DNA from: Eubacteriales bacterium
Lineage (GTDB): Bacteria > Bacillota > Clostridia > Oscillospirales > CAG-272
Direction of reading: 5' to 3'
DNA: 64,000 nucleotides
Assembly: GCA_045653505.1 (NCBI GenBank)
Contig: JAZOLZ010000030.1
Span: 21,805-85,804 of the forward strand
The notes beneath the pieces were generated by a model that was not told where the DNA came from, ran no database searches, and was given only the letters and a program-made list of their open reading frames with translations. Below, one piece after another: positions 53,647-64,000 of this stretch (position 1 is its first letter; each line of letters begins with the position of its first letter). The translations under genes were made by a program, and so were the position numbers.

Positions 53647-53651
53647 GTATA

Positions 53652-56600
53652 TTAGTTAGCCTCAGCCACGTACTCAGTGGAATAAACGATAGCGTCTGCC
53701 TCGTCCTCCTCACCCTCGTCGCGAATCTGTACTGCGTTATACTCGTTAAGACCTGTACCTGCGGGTATAAGTTTACCGATAATAACGTTTTCCTTAAGGC
53801 CGAGAAGGTGGTCCTTTTTACCCTTGATAGCAGCCTCGGTAAGAACCTTTGTGGTCTCCTGGAAGGATGCTGCGGAAAGGAAGGACTCAGTCATAAGAGA
53901 TGCCTTAGTGATACCAAGAAGCATAGGTGAACCCTCTGCCTTGCGCAGTGATATCTCACCGTTTGCCTGCCTTGCCTCGATCTTCTCATTCTCCTCACGG
54001 AGCTCAAGAATATCTACCGTAGTACCTACGATAAGGTCTGTATCACCTGCGTCCTCAATTCTTATCTTTCTGGTCATCTGGCGAGCGATACACTCAACGT
54101 GCTTGTCGTTGATTTCAACATCCTCACCGCGATAAACCTTCTGTACCTCACGGATGATGTAGTCATAAACCGCATCAATACCGCTCATATGCAGAACGTC
54201 TGCAGGGTTAAGGAAGCCCTCTGTAAGCTGATCGCCACGCTTGAGTGACTGGCCGTCCTCAATGCAAAGACGCATACCGAAAGGAATCTCGTAGATGTAC
54301 TCGCCACCGTCAAGCTCCTCGATATCCTTGATGATAACCTTGGTAAGCTTTTTATCAGAAACGATATCAGCCTTACCTGCATACTCTGTAACTATAGCAG
54401 TCTTCTTAGGTCTGCGAGCCTCAAAGAGCTCCTCAACTCTGGGAAGACCCTGTGTGATATCCGAACCTGCGACACCACCTGTATGGAAGGTTCTCATCGT
54501 AAGCTGTGTACCGGGCTCACCGATAGACTGCGCCGCAATAACACCGACAGCCTCACCGATATTAACGGGAGTGCCGTGCGCAAGGTCAGCGCCGTAGCAG
54601 TGTACACATACGCCGCGCTTTGAAAGGCAACGAAGGATTGTTCTTACCTCTATCTGAGTGATGCCTGCAGCCTCAATGTCCTTAGCCATCTGCTCATCAA
54701 TCATTGTGTTAGCGGGAACAATAAGCTCACCGGTATTTTCATCAACAACGTCATTTACCGTATATCTGCCAATGATACGCTCGCTGAACTTTTCAACAAC
54801 GTTCTGACCGGATACGATATCCGAAACGATGATACCGCTCTGTGCGCCACAGTCCTCCTCACGAACGATAACGTCCTGAGAAACGTCTACAAGTCTTCTT
54901 GTAAGGTAACCTGAGTCAGCGGTACGGAGAGCTGTATCCGAAAGTGACTTACGTGAACCCTTAGCACCCATAAAGTACTCGAGCATTGTAAGACCCTCAC
55001 GGAAGTTTGATTTAATGGGAATCTCAATTGTCTTACCGTTAGTAGCAAACATAAGACCACGCATACCTGCAAGCTGTCTCATCTGCTTCATAGAACCACG
55101 GGCTCCCGAAGTACAGATCATGTTAAGTGAGTTGTACTTGTCAAGGTTTGCAATAAGAGCGTCTGTAACGGCGTTTGTTGTCTTATCCCAGATCTCAATA
55201 ACCTTCTTGTATCTTTCATCGTCTGAAAGCTCGCCCCAGTTATAAAGCTCTGTGATCTCGTCAACCTGCCTTGCCGCCTCTTCAAGAAGAGCCTTCTTCT
55301 TGGGAGGAATGGTCATATCGTATACCGAGATTGAGAGGGAGGACTTAGTAGAATACTTATAGCCCATAGCCTTGATGTTATCAAGAACCTCTGCAGCCTC
55401 TGCAAAGCCGTGATACTTGATTGTACGGTCAACAATTTCCTTAAGTTTTTTAGAAGTAGTTGCAAAGTTGATCTCAAGACCGAAGGGATCCTTCTCACGG
55501 TCAACGTAACCGAGGTCCTGAGGAGTACGGGAGTTGAAGATAAGGCTACCGTAGGTAGCATCTATGATAGCACTCTTCTCTTCTCCGTTTATTGTCTTGG
55601 TAACTCTTACCTTGATAGCGGCGTGCATGCCGATCTGCTTATTCTCATAAGCCATCTCTACCTCGTCAAAGTTACGGAACACCTTGCCCTCACCCTTTTC
55701 ACCCTCGTGGTCGATGGTGAGATAGTAAGAACCAAGTACCATGTCCTGTGAGGGAACGGTTACAGCCTTACCTGAAACGGGCTTAAGAAGGTTGTTAGCG
55801 GAAAGCATGAGGAATCTTGCCTCAGCCTGCGCCTCGCTTGAAAGGGGTACGTGTACAGGCATCTGGTCACCGTCGAAGTCGGCGTTGAACGCAGGACATA
55901 CGAGGGGGTGAAGTTTGATTGCTCTACCCTCAACGAGGATAGGCTCAAATGCCTGGATAGAAAGACGGTGGAGTGTAGGTGCACGGTTAAGAAGAACGGG
56001 GTGCTCCTTGATTACGTACACAAGTGCGTCCCAAACCTCGGGCGCTACCTTATCAACCTTTTTCTTTGCATCCTTAATGGAGTTAGCCTTCTGTGTCTCG
56101 ATAAGTCTCTTCATAACAAAGGGACGGAAGAGCTCAAGAGCCATCTCCTTGGGAAGACCGCACTGATAAATCTTGAGGTCGGGACCTACAACGATAACCG
56201 AACGGCCTGAGTAGTCAACACGCTTACCGAGAAGGTTCTGACGGAAGCGACCCTGCTTACCGCGAAGCATCTCGGAAAGAGATTTAAGGGGACGGTTGGA
56301 GGCGCCTGTAACTGCCTTACCACGTCTGCCGTTGTCTATAAGAGCGTCAACGAATTCCTGGAGCATTCTCTTCTCGTTACGGATGATGATGTCAGGAGCG
56401 TTGAGTTCAAGGAAGTGCTTAAGACGGTTGTTTCTGTTAATAACACGTCTGTAAAGTTCGTTTATATCCGATGCAGCGTAACGTCCGCCGTCAAGCTGTA
56501 CCATAGGACGGATATCCGGGGGTAATACGGGGATGGTATCAAGTATCATCCACTCAGGACGGTTGCTTGAGCGTCTGAAGGACTCAACAACCTCAAGTCT

Positions 56601-57221
56601 TTTAATGATTTTAACCTTTTTCTGGCCTGTTGCCTCAGCAAGCTTTTCCTTAAGTTCCTTAGCAAGAGCCTCAATGTCAATCTCAGCAAGAAGTTCACGC
56701 ACTGCCTCAGCGCCCATACCTGCCTTGAAGTCGTCCTCATACATCTCGCGCGCCTTCTTGTACTCGGCGTCGGTGAGGAGCTGCTTCTTCTCAAGGGGAG
56801 TATTGCCGGGATCAATTACGATATATCTTGCAAAGTAGAGTACTCTCTCAAGAAGTCTTGGAGACATATCAAGGATAAGACCCATTCTTGAGGGGATAGC
56901 TCTGAAATACCAGATATGTGATACGGGCGCTGCAAGTTCAATGTTACCCATTCTCTCACGGCGTACCTTGTGAGTTGTTACCTCAACACCGCACTTTTCA
57001 CATACCTTACCCTTAAAGCGGACTCTCTTATACTTACCGCAAAGACATTCCCAGTCCTTTGTAGGGCCAAAAATCTTTTCGCAGAAAAGACCGTCGCGCT
57101 CAGGCTTTTGGGTACGATAGTTAATGGTCTCCGCCTTGGTTACTTCACCGTGTGACCAGCTTCTGATCATCTCAGGGGAGGCAAGACCTATCTTGATTGA
57201 GTCAAAAGTATTTCTTTCCAT
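53652..57221 (-). CDS. rpoC: DNA-directed RNA polymerase subunit beta'
   Basis: ORF 53652..57263 trimmed to ATG 57221 ([23 protein letters not shown] matches the usual N-terminus). Catalytic motif NADFDGDQM. Confidence 0.97.
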   Translation of the reverse strand: MERNTFDSIKIGLASPEMIRSWSHGEVTKAETINYRTQKPERDGLFCEKIFGPTKDWECLCGKYKRVRFKGKVCEKCGVEVTTHKVRRERMGNIELAAPVSHIWYFRAIPSRMGLILDMSPRLLERVLYFARYIVIDPGNTPLEKKQLLTDAEYKKAREMYEDDFKAGMGAEAVRELLAEIDIEALAKELKEKLAEATGQKKVKIIKRLEVVESFRRSSNRPEWMILDTIPVLPPDIRPMVQLDGGRYAASDINELYRRVINRNNRLKHFLELNAPDIIIRNEKRMLQEFVDALIDNGRRGKAVTGASNRPLKSLSEMLRGKQGRFRQNLLGKRVDYSGRSVIVVGPDLKIYQCGLPKEMALELFRPFVMKRLIETQKANSIKDAKKKVDKVAPEVWDALVYVIKEHPVLLNRAPTLHRLSIQAFEPILVEGRAIKLHPLVCPAFNADFDGDQMPVHVPLSSEAQAEARFLMLSANNLLKPVSGKAVTVPSQDMVLGSYYLTIDHEGEKGEGKVFRNFDEVEMAYENKQIGMHAAIKVRVTKTINGEEKSAIIDATYGSLIFNSRTPQDLGYVDREKDPFGLEINFATTSKKLKEIVDRTIKYHGFAEAAEVLDNIKAMGYKYSTKSSLSISVYDMTIPPKKKALLEEAARQVDEITELYNWGELSDDERYKKVIEIWDKTTNAVTDALIANLDKYNSLNMICTSGARGSMKQMRQLAGMRGLMFATNGKTIEIPIKSNFREGLTMLEYFMGAKGSRKSLSDTALRTADSGYLTRRLVDVSQDVIVREEDCGAQSGIIVSDIVSGQNVVEKFSERIIGRYTVNDVVDENTGELIVPANTMIDEQMAKDIEAAGITQIEVRTILRCLSKRGVCVHCYGADLAHGTPVNIGEAVGVIAAQSIGEPGTQLTMRTFHTGGVAGSDITQGLPRVEELFEARRPKKTAIVTEYAGKADIVSDKKLTKVIIKDIEELDGGEYIYEIPFGMRLCIEDGQSLKRGDQLTEGFLNPADVLHMSGIDAVYDYIIREVQKVYRGEDVEINDKHVECIARQMTRKIRIEDAGDTDLIVGTTVDILELREENEKIEARQANGEISLRKAEGSPMLLGITKASLMTESFLSAASFQETTKVLTEAAIKGKKDHLLGLKENVIIGKLIPAGTGLNEYNAVQIRDEGEEDEADAIVYSTEYVAEAN

Positions 57222-57278
57222 AGATTTTATATATTCGCTTCCCCGCTTTTTGCAGGGAAGCATTCCCTTCTTTAAAAA

Positions 57279-60200
57279 TTATTCCTCGTCGGTATCGAAG
57301 CCGTCGTCATAATCCTCGTCGGCAAATTCCTCATCCATAACGTCGTCGAATATTTCATCGAGCTCTGCCTCTGCATCAGCTGCGCTGTCAGCCTCTGCGT
57401 CAGCCGCCTGCTCAACAGCCTCAATGCTGTTGAATGCGGGTACGTTATCATCGTTTGCCGCTATCTCGGATATAGCGATCTCCTCGCCGTTTTCATCAAG
57501 AACTCTGATGTCAAGGCAGAGTGCCTGCAGTTCTCTTACAAGAACTCTGAAGGACTCGGGGATACCGGGGGTAGGAATATTCTGGCCCTTGATAATAGCC
57601 TCAAAGGTCTTGGTACGGCCTGTTACGTCGTCTGACTTAACCGTAAGAATTTCCTGAAGTGTGTATGCTGCACCGTATGCCTCAAGTGCCCAAACCTCCA
57701 TCTCACCGAAACGCTGGCCACCGAACTGCGCTTTACCGCCTAAGGGCTGCTGTGTTACGAGTGAGTAAGGACCGATTGAACGGGCGTGAATCTTATCGTC
57801 AACGAGGTGGTGGAGCTTGAGATAGTACATTATGCCGACTGTAACAGGGTTGTCAAAGGGATCGCCTGTACGTCCGTCATAAAGGGTTACCTTACCGTCG
57901 ATAACCTTAAGCTTCTGAGTCTTCATAAGATTCTTGAGCTTAGCATCGTCATCAACGATTTCCTGATCTACTCTCTGAAGGTCAGGCTTGCCGTCCTCAC
58001 GGATAACCTCCATGAACACTGCCTTACCTCTTACACTCTCGCCATCGCGGATATCACGGGTGTAGTTTGCGCGGCGAAGAAGCTCAAGTATGTCAGTCTC
58101 CTTAGCACCGTCAAATACGGGAGTCATAATCTTTATTCCGAGCTGTCTGCACGCAATACCGAGGTGAACCTCAAGCACCTGACCGATATTCATACGTGAA
58201 GGAACGCCCAGAGGGTTAAGAACGATATCAAGAGGAGTACCGTCTGCAAGGAACGGCATATCCTCGGGAGGAAGAATTCTTGAAACAACGCCCTTATTAC
58301 CGTGTCTACCCGCCATCTTGTCACCTACAGAGATCTTTCTCTTCTGGGCAACGTAAACGTTAACCTGCTTGTTAACGCCGGGGGCAAGGTCATCGGAGTT
58401 TGAACGGTCGTAAACCTTAACGTCTACAACAACGCCATACTCACCGTGACGCATCTTAAGGGAGGAGTCCTTTACCTCACGTGCCTTCTCGCCGAAGATA
58501 GCACGGAGAAGTCTTTCCTCAGGTGTAAGCTCGGTCTCACCCTTGGGGCTTACCTTACCTACGAGTATATCACCTGCACGCACCTCGGTACCGATTCTGA
58601 TAATACCGTCTGCGTCAAGGTCCTTGAGCGCATCCTCACCAACGTTAGGAACCTCACGTGTGATTTCCTGCGCACCAAGCTTTGTATCTCTTGCCTCAAT
58701 GGAATACTTCTCGATATGGATCGAGGTGTAAACGTCATTTCTGACAAGGTTTTCATTAAGAAGTACAGCGTCCTCGTAGTTATAACCCTCCCAGGTCATA
58801 AATCCGATAAGCGCGTTTTTACCAAGAGAGATCTCGCCGTTGCTTGTAGCGGGACCGTCAGCGATAACCTGACCTGCCTCAACTCTCTGTCCCTCAAGAA
58901 CGATAGGACGGTGGTTTACACAGGTGGACTGGTTGGAGCGCTTGAACTTGATAAGATGGTAAACATCCTTGTGTCCCTCATCGTTAAGAATAACGATTTC
59001 CTCGCCGCCTGCACGTTCAACCGTACCGCCGCACTTAGCTACGAGAACAGCGCCTGAGTCAACAGCCGCCTTGTGCTCCATACCTGTTGCAACGATGGGT
59101 GAGTCAGTCATCATAAGAGGCACAGCCTGCTTCTGCATGTTTGAACCCATGAGCGCACGGGTGTTGTCGTCGTTCTCAAGGAATGGAATGTGAGCCGCAG
59201 CAACCGATACCGCCATCTGGGGGCATGCGTCCATAAGGTCAACCTCTGTGGGCTCAACCTCGATGAACTCTGTCTTCCATCTTGCGATAACTCTCTTGTT
59301 GATAAACTTGCCGTTTTCATCAATAGGCTCGTTTGCCTGAGCTACTATGTTGTTATCCTCTTCATCCGCTGTGAGATACAGTACCTCATCGGTAACAGTA
59401 CCCGTCGCCTTGTCAACTACTCTGTAGGGCGCCTTAAGGAAGCCGTACTCGCTGATCTTGGCATAGGATGCAAGGTATGAAATAAGACCGATATTAGGTC
59501 CTTCAGGTGTCTCTACGGGACAGATACGGCCGTAGTGAGTATAGTGTACGTCACGCACCTCGAAGGAAGCGCGGTCACGGGAAAGACCGCCGGGACCGAG
59601 AGCAGAAAGTCTTCTCTTATGAGTAAGCTCTGCAAGAGGGTTGTTCTGGTCCATGAACTGTGAAAGGGGAGATGAGCCGAAGAACTCGCGGATAGCGGTT
59701 GCTACGGGACGGGTGTTGATGAGCGCCTCGGGACGTAAGTCCTCGGTATCATGCACCGACATTCTCTCCTTGATATTCTTGTCCATACGGGACATACCGA
59801 TACGCATCTGGTTCTGAAGAAGTTCACCTACACAGCGAAGTCTTCTGTTACCGAGATGGTCGATATCGTCTGTATCTCCAATGCCGTGTGTAAGGGCAAG
59901 AAGATAGTTAACGGATGCAAAGATATCGTCAACGGTGATATGCTTGGGCGCAAGGAGGGTCTGTCTCTCCTTGGCAAGAGCCTTGATGCGAGCTACCTTT
60001 TCCTCGCCCTTAAGACCGTCAGCCTCTACCTCGTTTATGATATCTGTAAGTACGCGGCGAATAACCTTTTCGCCCTTGCGGATACCGCAATCGGAAAGGT
60101 CGTAGCCGAGGATAAGCTCAGGACGTACTGTATCGTTGCCGAACACCTTGACCTTTTTATCCTCAACAGAGAGCCATACCTCGTTTACAAGGCTGTCCTC

Positions 60201-61190
60201 GATAGCATCGGCAAGTTCACGTGTAACGGTAACGCCTGCCTCTGCAACAATTTCACCGGTATAGGGATTTATTACGTTTTCTGCAAGAGTGTGACCCTCA
60301 ATTCTTCTCGCAAGAGCCACCTTACGGTTGAACTTATAGCGTCCAACAGGAGCAAGGTCATATCTCTTGGGATCGAAGAACAGATTGTTCACAAGCATCT
60401 GCGCGCTCTCAACGAGCGGGGGCTCACCGGGTCTGATCTTCTTGTAGATTTCCTTAAGAGCCTCCTCTGAAGGAGCAGTATTGTTCTCAAAGGCAAGTTT
60501 GTTACACTCGTCCTTTTCAAGAGTAGCAAGAAGAATATTCTCCTCGCCGAACATATCCTTGATAACCTCATCGCTATCATTACCTACCTCAAGAAGAGCT
60601 CTTACAAGCACGGTAATGGGGAGCTTACGGGTCTTATCTATCTTTACGTAGAATACGTTGGATGTGTCTGTCTCGTACTCAAGCCATGCGCCGCGGTAAG
60701 GTATAACCGTTGCGTTGTAAAGGTGCTTGCCCTGCTTGTCAACCTCCTTGCCATAGTACATACCCGGTGAACGAACGAGCTGAGAAACTATTACTCTCTC
60801 CGCGCCGTTGATTACAAAGGTACCGTTGTCGGTCATAAGGGGGAAGTCGCCCATGTAGATCTGAGCAGTCTTGAGTTCGCCTGTAGTCTTATTGACAAGT
60901 CTGACGCCAACCTTCATGTGAGCATCGTAGGTAACGCCTCTGTCCTTGCACTCCTCAACAGAGTAGCGAGGATTTGGATCAAGAGTATAATCCGTAAATT
61001 CGATAGAGAGGTTGCCCGTGTAGTCTACAATCGGGGATACGTCGCGAAGAACCTCGTTAAGTCCCTCCTCAAGGAACCACTTGTAAGAGTCCTTCTGCAC
61101 CTCAATAAGATTTGGCATATCCGTAGCCGCTTCAATCTTGCTGAAACTCTGTCTCACAGTTGTGCCAAGCTTTTTGGGTTTAAGCATCAT
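57279..61190 (-). CDS. rpoB: DNA-directed RNA polymerase subunit beta
   Basis: ORF 57279..61202 (GTG). The likely start is ATG 61190 or 61187, after GGAG. Motif [12 protein letters not shown]. Acidic C-terminal tail. Confidence 0.97.
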   Translation of the reverse strand: MMLKPKKLGTTVRQSFSKIEAATDMPNLIEVQKDSYKWFLEEGLNEVLRDVSPIVDYTGNLSIEFTDYTLDPNPRYSVEECKDRGVTYDAHMKVGVRLVNKTTGELKTAQIYMGDFPLMTDNGTFVINGAERVIVSQLVRSPGMYYGKEVDKQGKHLYNATVIPYRGAWLEYETDTSNVFYVKIDKTRKLPITVLVRALLEVGNDSDEVIKDMFGEENILLATLEKDECNKLAFENNTAPSEEALKEIYKKIRPGEPPLVESAQMLVNNLFFDPKRYDLAPVGRYKFNRKVALARRIEGHTLAENVINPYTGEIVAEAGVTVTRELADAIEDSLVNEVWLSVEDKKVKVFGNDTVRPELILGYDLSDCGIRKGEKVIRRVLTDIINEVEADGLKGEEKVARIKALAKERQTLLAPKHITVDDIFASVNYLLALTHGIGDTDDIDHLGNRRLRCVGELLQNQMRIGMSRMDKNIKERMSVHDTEDLRPEALINTRPVATAIREFFGSSPLSQFMDQNNPLAELTHKRRLSALGPGGLSRDRASFEVRDVHYTHYGRICPVETPEGPNIGLISYLASYAKISEYGFLKAPYRVVDKATGTVTDEVLYLTADEEDNNIVAQANEPIDENGKFINKRVIARWKTEFIEVEPTEVDLMDACPQMAVSVAAAHIPFLENDDNTRALMGSNMQKQAVPLMMTDSPIVATGMEHKAAVDSGAVLVAKCGGTVERAGGEEIVILNDEGHKDVYHLIKFKRSNQSTCVNHRPIVLEGQRVEAGQVIADGPATSNGEISLGKNALIGFMTWEGYNYEDAVLLNENLVRNDVYTSIHIEKYSIEARDTKLGAQEITREVPNVGEDALKDLDADGIIRIGTEVRAGDILVGKVSPKGETELTPEERLLRAIFGEKAREVKDSSLKMRHGEYGVVVDVKVYDRSNSDDLAPGVNKQVNVYVAQKRKISVGDKMAGRHGNKGVVSRILPPEDMPFLADGTPLDIVLNPLGVPSRMNIGQVLEVHLGIACRQLGIKIMTPVFDGAKETDILELLRRANYTRDIRDGESVRGKAVFMEVIREDGKPDLQRVDQEIVDDDAKLKNLMKTQKLKVIDGKVTLYDGRTGDPFDNPVTVGIMYYLKLHHLVDDKIHARSIGPYSLVTQQPLGGKAQFGGQRFGEMEVWALEAYGAAYTLQEILTVKSDDVTGRTKTFEAIIKGQNIPTPGIPESFRVLVRELQALCLDIRVLDENGEEIAISEIAANDDNVPAFNSIEAVEQAADAEADSAADAEAELDEIFDDVMDEEFADEDYDDGFDTDEE

Positions 61191-61342
61191 AAATGAAAAC
61201 ACTCCATTTCTGAAAAATTACATATTCATTGCCGCATCTCGCGGTGGGGCTCGGTTTTGGTAGTTTTTTGTGCTTTTTAAACAAACAAATTTGTAAAAAA
61301 GGGCAAAATACCCCCAACCCAAGCATTATTATGCATTTTAAT

Positions 61343-61370
61343 ATTATAACACTTTATTGTCAATTGTCAA
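61343..61370 (-). promoter_or_regulatory. Sigma-70 type promoter of rpoB-rpoC
   Basis: Minus strand reads TTGACA (61370-61365), a 16-nt spacer, then TATAAT (61348-61343). Leader of about 145 nt. Confidence 0.6.
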
Positions 61371-61421
61371 GCATTTTTTTAAAATAATTTTAATTTTTTT
61401 CTAAATATTCTAAATAATGGC

Positions 61422-61470
61422 AAAAAAAGTGCAGGACCGCCCCACCCTTTCCGAGGGGTTTTACCTGCAC
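61422..61470 (-). terminator. Terminator after the patB-like gene
   Basis: Stem GTGCAGG/CCTGCAC enclosing CCCC...GGGG. On the minus strand the stem is followed by TTTTTTT. Confidence 0.75.
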
Positions 61471-61548
61471 TTGTTATATAATAATAATGTAGTTTTTTGC
61501 AAAATTCAAGAACAAAAACAGATTTTCTGCCACACTTTTACCCTAAAA

Positions 61549-62712
61549 TTATTTGTCCTCAAGAGCCGTTTTAAGTCTGTAAAGACCGTCGTAGAGCCTC
61601 TGTCTTTGGGTAGCAAGATTAATTCTCACAAAGCCGTTTGCGCACTCACCGTATTCATATCCGTCCGAAATGTAAAGACCGCTTTTTTGACGTATTTTAT
61701 CGCAAAGTTCAACGGATGAGTGAGAATAATCGGATATATTTACCCATAGCAGATATGTCGCCTCGCCATGAGTTACCCTGAGCCTTGGCAGCTCGCTTTT
61801 TATAAACTCCTCTGCTATGCGTCTGTTTTCAAAGAGATATTCGCAAAGCTGTGTAAGCCACTCCGCACCTTCTCTGAAGGCCGCCTCAAGAGCTGCTGTG
61901 GCAAAGGCGTTTGGCTCTGCCACCTCATCGGTATTGAGACCTCTATGCGCCAAACGGTACAAATCCTTGTTCTTTACTATCACCGCCGCACACTGCAATC
62001 CCGCAGTATTAAAGGCCTTTGAGGATGAAACAAGGGTAAGCGATATATCGGCATTTGTATCCGATACCGATGCAAACGGAGTGTACTCTCTGCCGGGCAT
62101 CACTATGTCGCAGTGTATCTCGTCGCTTATAACTGTTACACCGTATTTTTTAGCAAGAGAGCCGATTTTGTCAAGTTCATACCTTGTCCATATCCTGCCG
62201 ACGGGATTGTGGGGATTGCAAAGTATCATAAGCGTGGTCCCCGGCTCGCTCATCTTCCTTTCAAGGTCGGCAAAATCTATGCTGTATTCCCCGCTGTCAA
62301 AATCATATATAAGGTCACTTGAAAGCACCTTGCGGCCGTTATTGAGGATTGAATTATAAAAGATGTTGTAAACGGGCGCCTGTATCAAAACGTTATCCCC
62401 GACAGATGAGAGTTTTCGCACAAGAGAGGATATAGCCGGCACAACACCGGTTGTAAAGATCATATCGCTCTTATCAAAGAAGGTGTTATGACGCACACGC
62501 CACCAATCGGATATAGCCTCATAAAAACTTTCTGGTACCAAAGAGTAACCAAAACAACCGTGTTCTGCCCTTTTTTGTATAGCTTTCTTTACACAAGGCG
62601 CTGTTTCAAGATCCATATCAGCCACCCACATCGGCAGTTCTCCTTGGGATACGTCCCACTTCATAGAATTGGTTCCGATGCGATCGGTCAGCTTGTCAAA
62701 ATCAAACCTCAT
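61549..62712 (-). CDS. PLP-dependent aminotransferase class I/II, PatB/MalY-type C-S lyase
   Basis: 387 aa. PLP-lysine motif SSSKAFNTAGL. N-terminal FDKLTDRIGTNSMKW is typical of MalY/PatB. Confidence 0.85.
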   Translation of the reverse strand: MRFDFDKLTDRIGTNSMKWDVSQGELPMWVADMDLETAPCVKKAIQKRAEHGCFGYSLVPESFYEAISDWWRVRHNTFFDKSDMIFTTGVVPAISSLVRKLSSVGDNVLIQAPVYNIFYNSILNNGRKVLSSDLIYDFDSGEYSIDFADLERKMSEPGTTLMILCNPHNPVGRIWTRYELDKIGSLAKKYGVTVISDEIHCDIVMPGREYTPFASVSDTNADISLTLVSSSKAFNTAGLQCAAVIVKNKDLYRLAHRGLNTDEVAEPNAFATAALEAAFREGAEWLTQLCEYLFENRRIAEEFIKSELPRLRVTHGEATYLLWVNISDYSHSSVELCDKIRQKSGLYISDGYEYGECANGFVRINLATQRQRLYDGLYRLKTALEDK

Positions 62713-63586
62713 TATTTTTTCTCACCTCTATCTGTGTTGCTGTGGGGTCAACAATATCCTTATCAAGTATAATCTCACCTATGTTATCTGCGACTATCCT
62801 GCCCGAGATAGGATTTTTTACACTGACAATATCACCGATTATCTCACAGTCCAGCGTACAAAGTTCAAAGCAAAGGTCTGTGTTCATAAGGCGAGTGTTG
62901 CGTATAAAGAGATTGTCAATATAGCAAAAGCCCTGGTTTGAAGAAACGGTACAGTCAATAAGAGTAAGATTTTTTGAGTTCCAGCCAATATACTCACCGA
63001 TTATAACACAATTTTTAAGAGTCACGTTTTCGGTATTCCAAAAGGCGTCCTTAGAAATTATCCTACAGTTTTCAAGAGTAATATTTTTGCCATGGTCAAA
63101 GGCATAGTTGCCGTCTATGGTAATATCTTTTGCGGTAATATTGCTTGAGTTAAGGCAAAAATAATCTCCTGCTACAGTGCAGTTATAAAGCTCTATCCCG
63201 TCGCAGCTCCACATAGTCTCATTAGCATGAGCAAGCTGCACGTTCTTAAGATAAATTCCCTTTGATTTTCTGAAAGTCTTAGGGGACTGTATAACAGAAT
63301 TTTCTATCCTGATATTATCAGTATACCAAATGCCGCTGCGCGCACCCTCAAGCAGGGTCGTATACGTGAGAGTGATATTTTTGGAATACCACAAGGGATA
63401 CTTCCACTCAAAGATTGAGCCAACCAAAGAGATATCAGAGCACTCCTTAAGAGGTGACTCTCCGTTTTTAAAGATGGCCGAGGTTATGTTTGCAGCGTGA
63501 AGATTATAGAGAGCGCGCTCGCCCTCATAAACGCCGCCGTTTATCTCTATTTTGTCGTTTTTGTAAATTTTAGTTGACATATTCAT
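62702..63586 (-). CDS. DUF3737-like parallel beta-helix repeat protein
   Basis: 294 aa with repeated N(I/V)T(L/A)xxC/NxxI units. Overlaps both neighbours. The DUF assignment is from memory. Confidence 0.6.
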   Translation of the reverse strand: MNMSTKIYKNDKIEINGGVYEGERALYNLHAANITSAIFKNGESPLKECSDISLVGSIFEWKYPLWYSKNITLTYTTLLEGARSGIWYTDNIRIENSVIQSPKTFRKSKGIYLKNVQLAHANETMWSCDGIELYNCTVAGDYFCLNSSNITAKDITIDGNYAFDHGKNITLENCRIISKDAFWNTENVTLKNCVIIGEYIGWNSKNLTLIDCTVSSNQGFCYIDNLFIRNTRLMNTDLCFELCTLDCEIIGDIVSVKNPISGRIVADNIGEIILDKDIVDPTATQIEVRKNNEV

Positions 63587-64000
63587 TACCTATATCCAGT
63601 TTCGCGTATTCATATCCGCAAATCAAATAATGTGACCTTATCCTTATACCGGCATCCAGAAGAGCCGATGCAAGGGTGGCCGTAGCCGCCCTATCCTCCT
63701 CTGAAAAGTTTGCGCTGCCACCGGGGTGATTGTGCGCTATGCTGACAAAGGCAGAGGTGTGTTCCATGCATTTTTCAATGATAGTTCTTGTACTTATACT
63801 GCTGCTGTTTACACTGCCCTCACACAAATACTCCACAAAGGATACCCTGCCGCACTTATCGTATCCTATAAGATAGACCGTCTCGTTTACCGTGCCGAAA
63901 TAAAGGGATGAAAGATAGGATATCAGTTCCGCCTCTGAGTTATCTTTACCAAAAGCAAAGCCGTCCGTACCGGCCCTCGATATTATAGATACCACCAGCC
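63570..64000 (-). CDS. radC: RadC-like JAB/MPN domain protein (N-terminus probably beyond the window end)
   Basis: JAMM motif SIAHNHPGG. There is no stop codon between M at 63995 and the window edge. Confidence 0.8.
   Translation of the reverse strand, partial: LVVSIISRAGTDGFAFGKDNSEAELISYLSSLYFGTVNETVYLIGYDKCGRVSFVEYLCEGSVNSSSISTRTIIEKCMEHTSAFVSIAHNHPGGSANFSEEDRAATATLASALLDAGIRIRSHYLICGYEYAKLDIGNEYVN

Noticed and set aside
57279-58300. An RpoB ~50-aa insertion before the [14 protein letters not shown] segment and the long acidic C-terminal tail, as something unusual
   Set aside because: Lineage-specific insertions and acidic tails are common in Firmicute beta subunits. The reading frame is continuous, and there are no intein or intron signatures.

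Overview
Chromosomal segment of a moderate-GC Firmicute. Gene content and protein sequences look like Clostridia, possibly Oscillospiraceae/Ruminococcaceae, but the taxon cannot be verified here. Left to right: a polar amino-acid ABC transporter operon (-); an ABC-F ATPase (+); two BspA-type leucine-rich-repeat (LRR) lipoproteins (-); a ~15 kb co-directional phage-like morphogenesis cluster (+); an XPD/DinG-like helicase (+); hpt-mtaB-glyQS, a GH3 glycosidase, pflA-pflB and luxS-mtnN (all -, listed in transcription order, i.e. descending coordinates); rpmH-rnpA-yidD-yidC-jag-mnmE-RNHCP (+); a sigma-70/ECF-type sigma factor with an anti-sigma-like membrane protein and a paralogous PepSY lipoprotein (-); a LytTR regulator with a membrane partner (+); FMN riboswitch-ribU (-); rpoB-rpoC, an inserted GT2 glycosyltransferase, and rpsL-rpsG-fusA-tuf (all -); and radC-DUF3737-patB-like (-). 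The phage-like cluster holds terS, terL, a putative portal, scaffold, major capsid, tail-fibre-like genes and three membrane proteins. It has no integrase, repressor, replication genes, tail tube/tape measure or recognisable lysin. I saw no rRNA, tRNA, CRISPR array, transposase or integrase. Main second-look items: (1) a ~230-nt element present twice (14747-14982 inside the phage-like operon, 46272-46500 in a core intergenic region) whose sequence differences preserve base pairing, which I could not assign to a known RNA family; (2) the structural-genes-only phage-like cluster (remnant, satellite or GTA-like); (3) a phage structural protein carrying a BspA-type LRR module next to two host-style LRR lipoproteins; (4) a 126-127 bp tandem repeat with nested hairpins between pflB and the luxS promoter; (5) several dense short-motif clusters in regulatory intergenic regions. 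All functional calls rest on motifs read from the translations and on synteny. No database search was possible.
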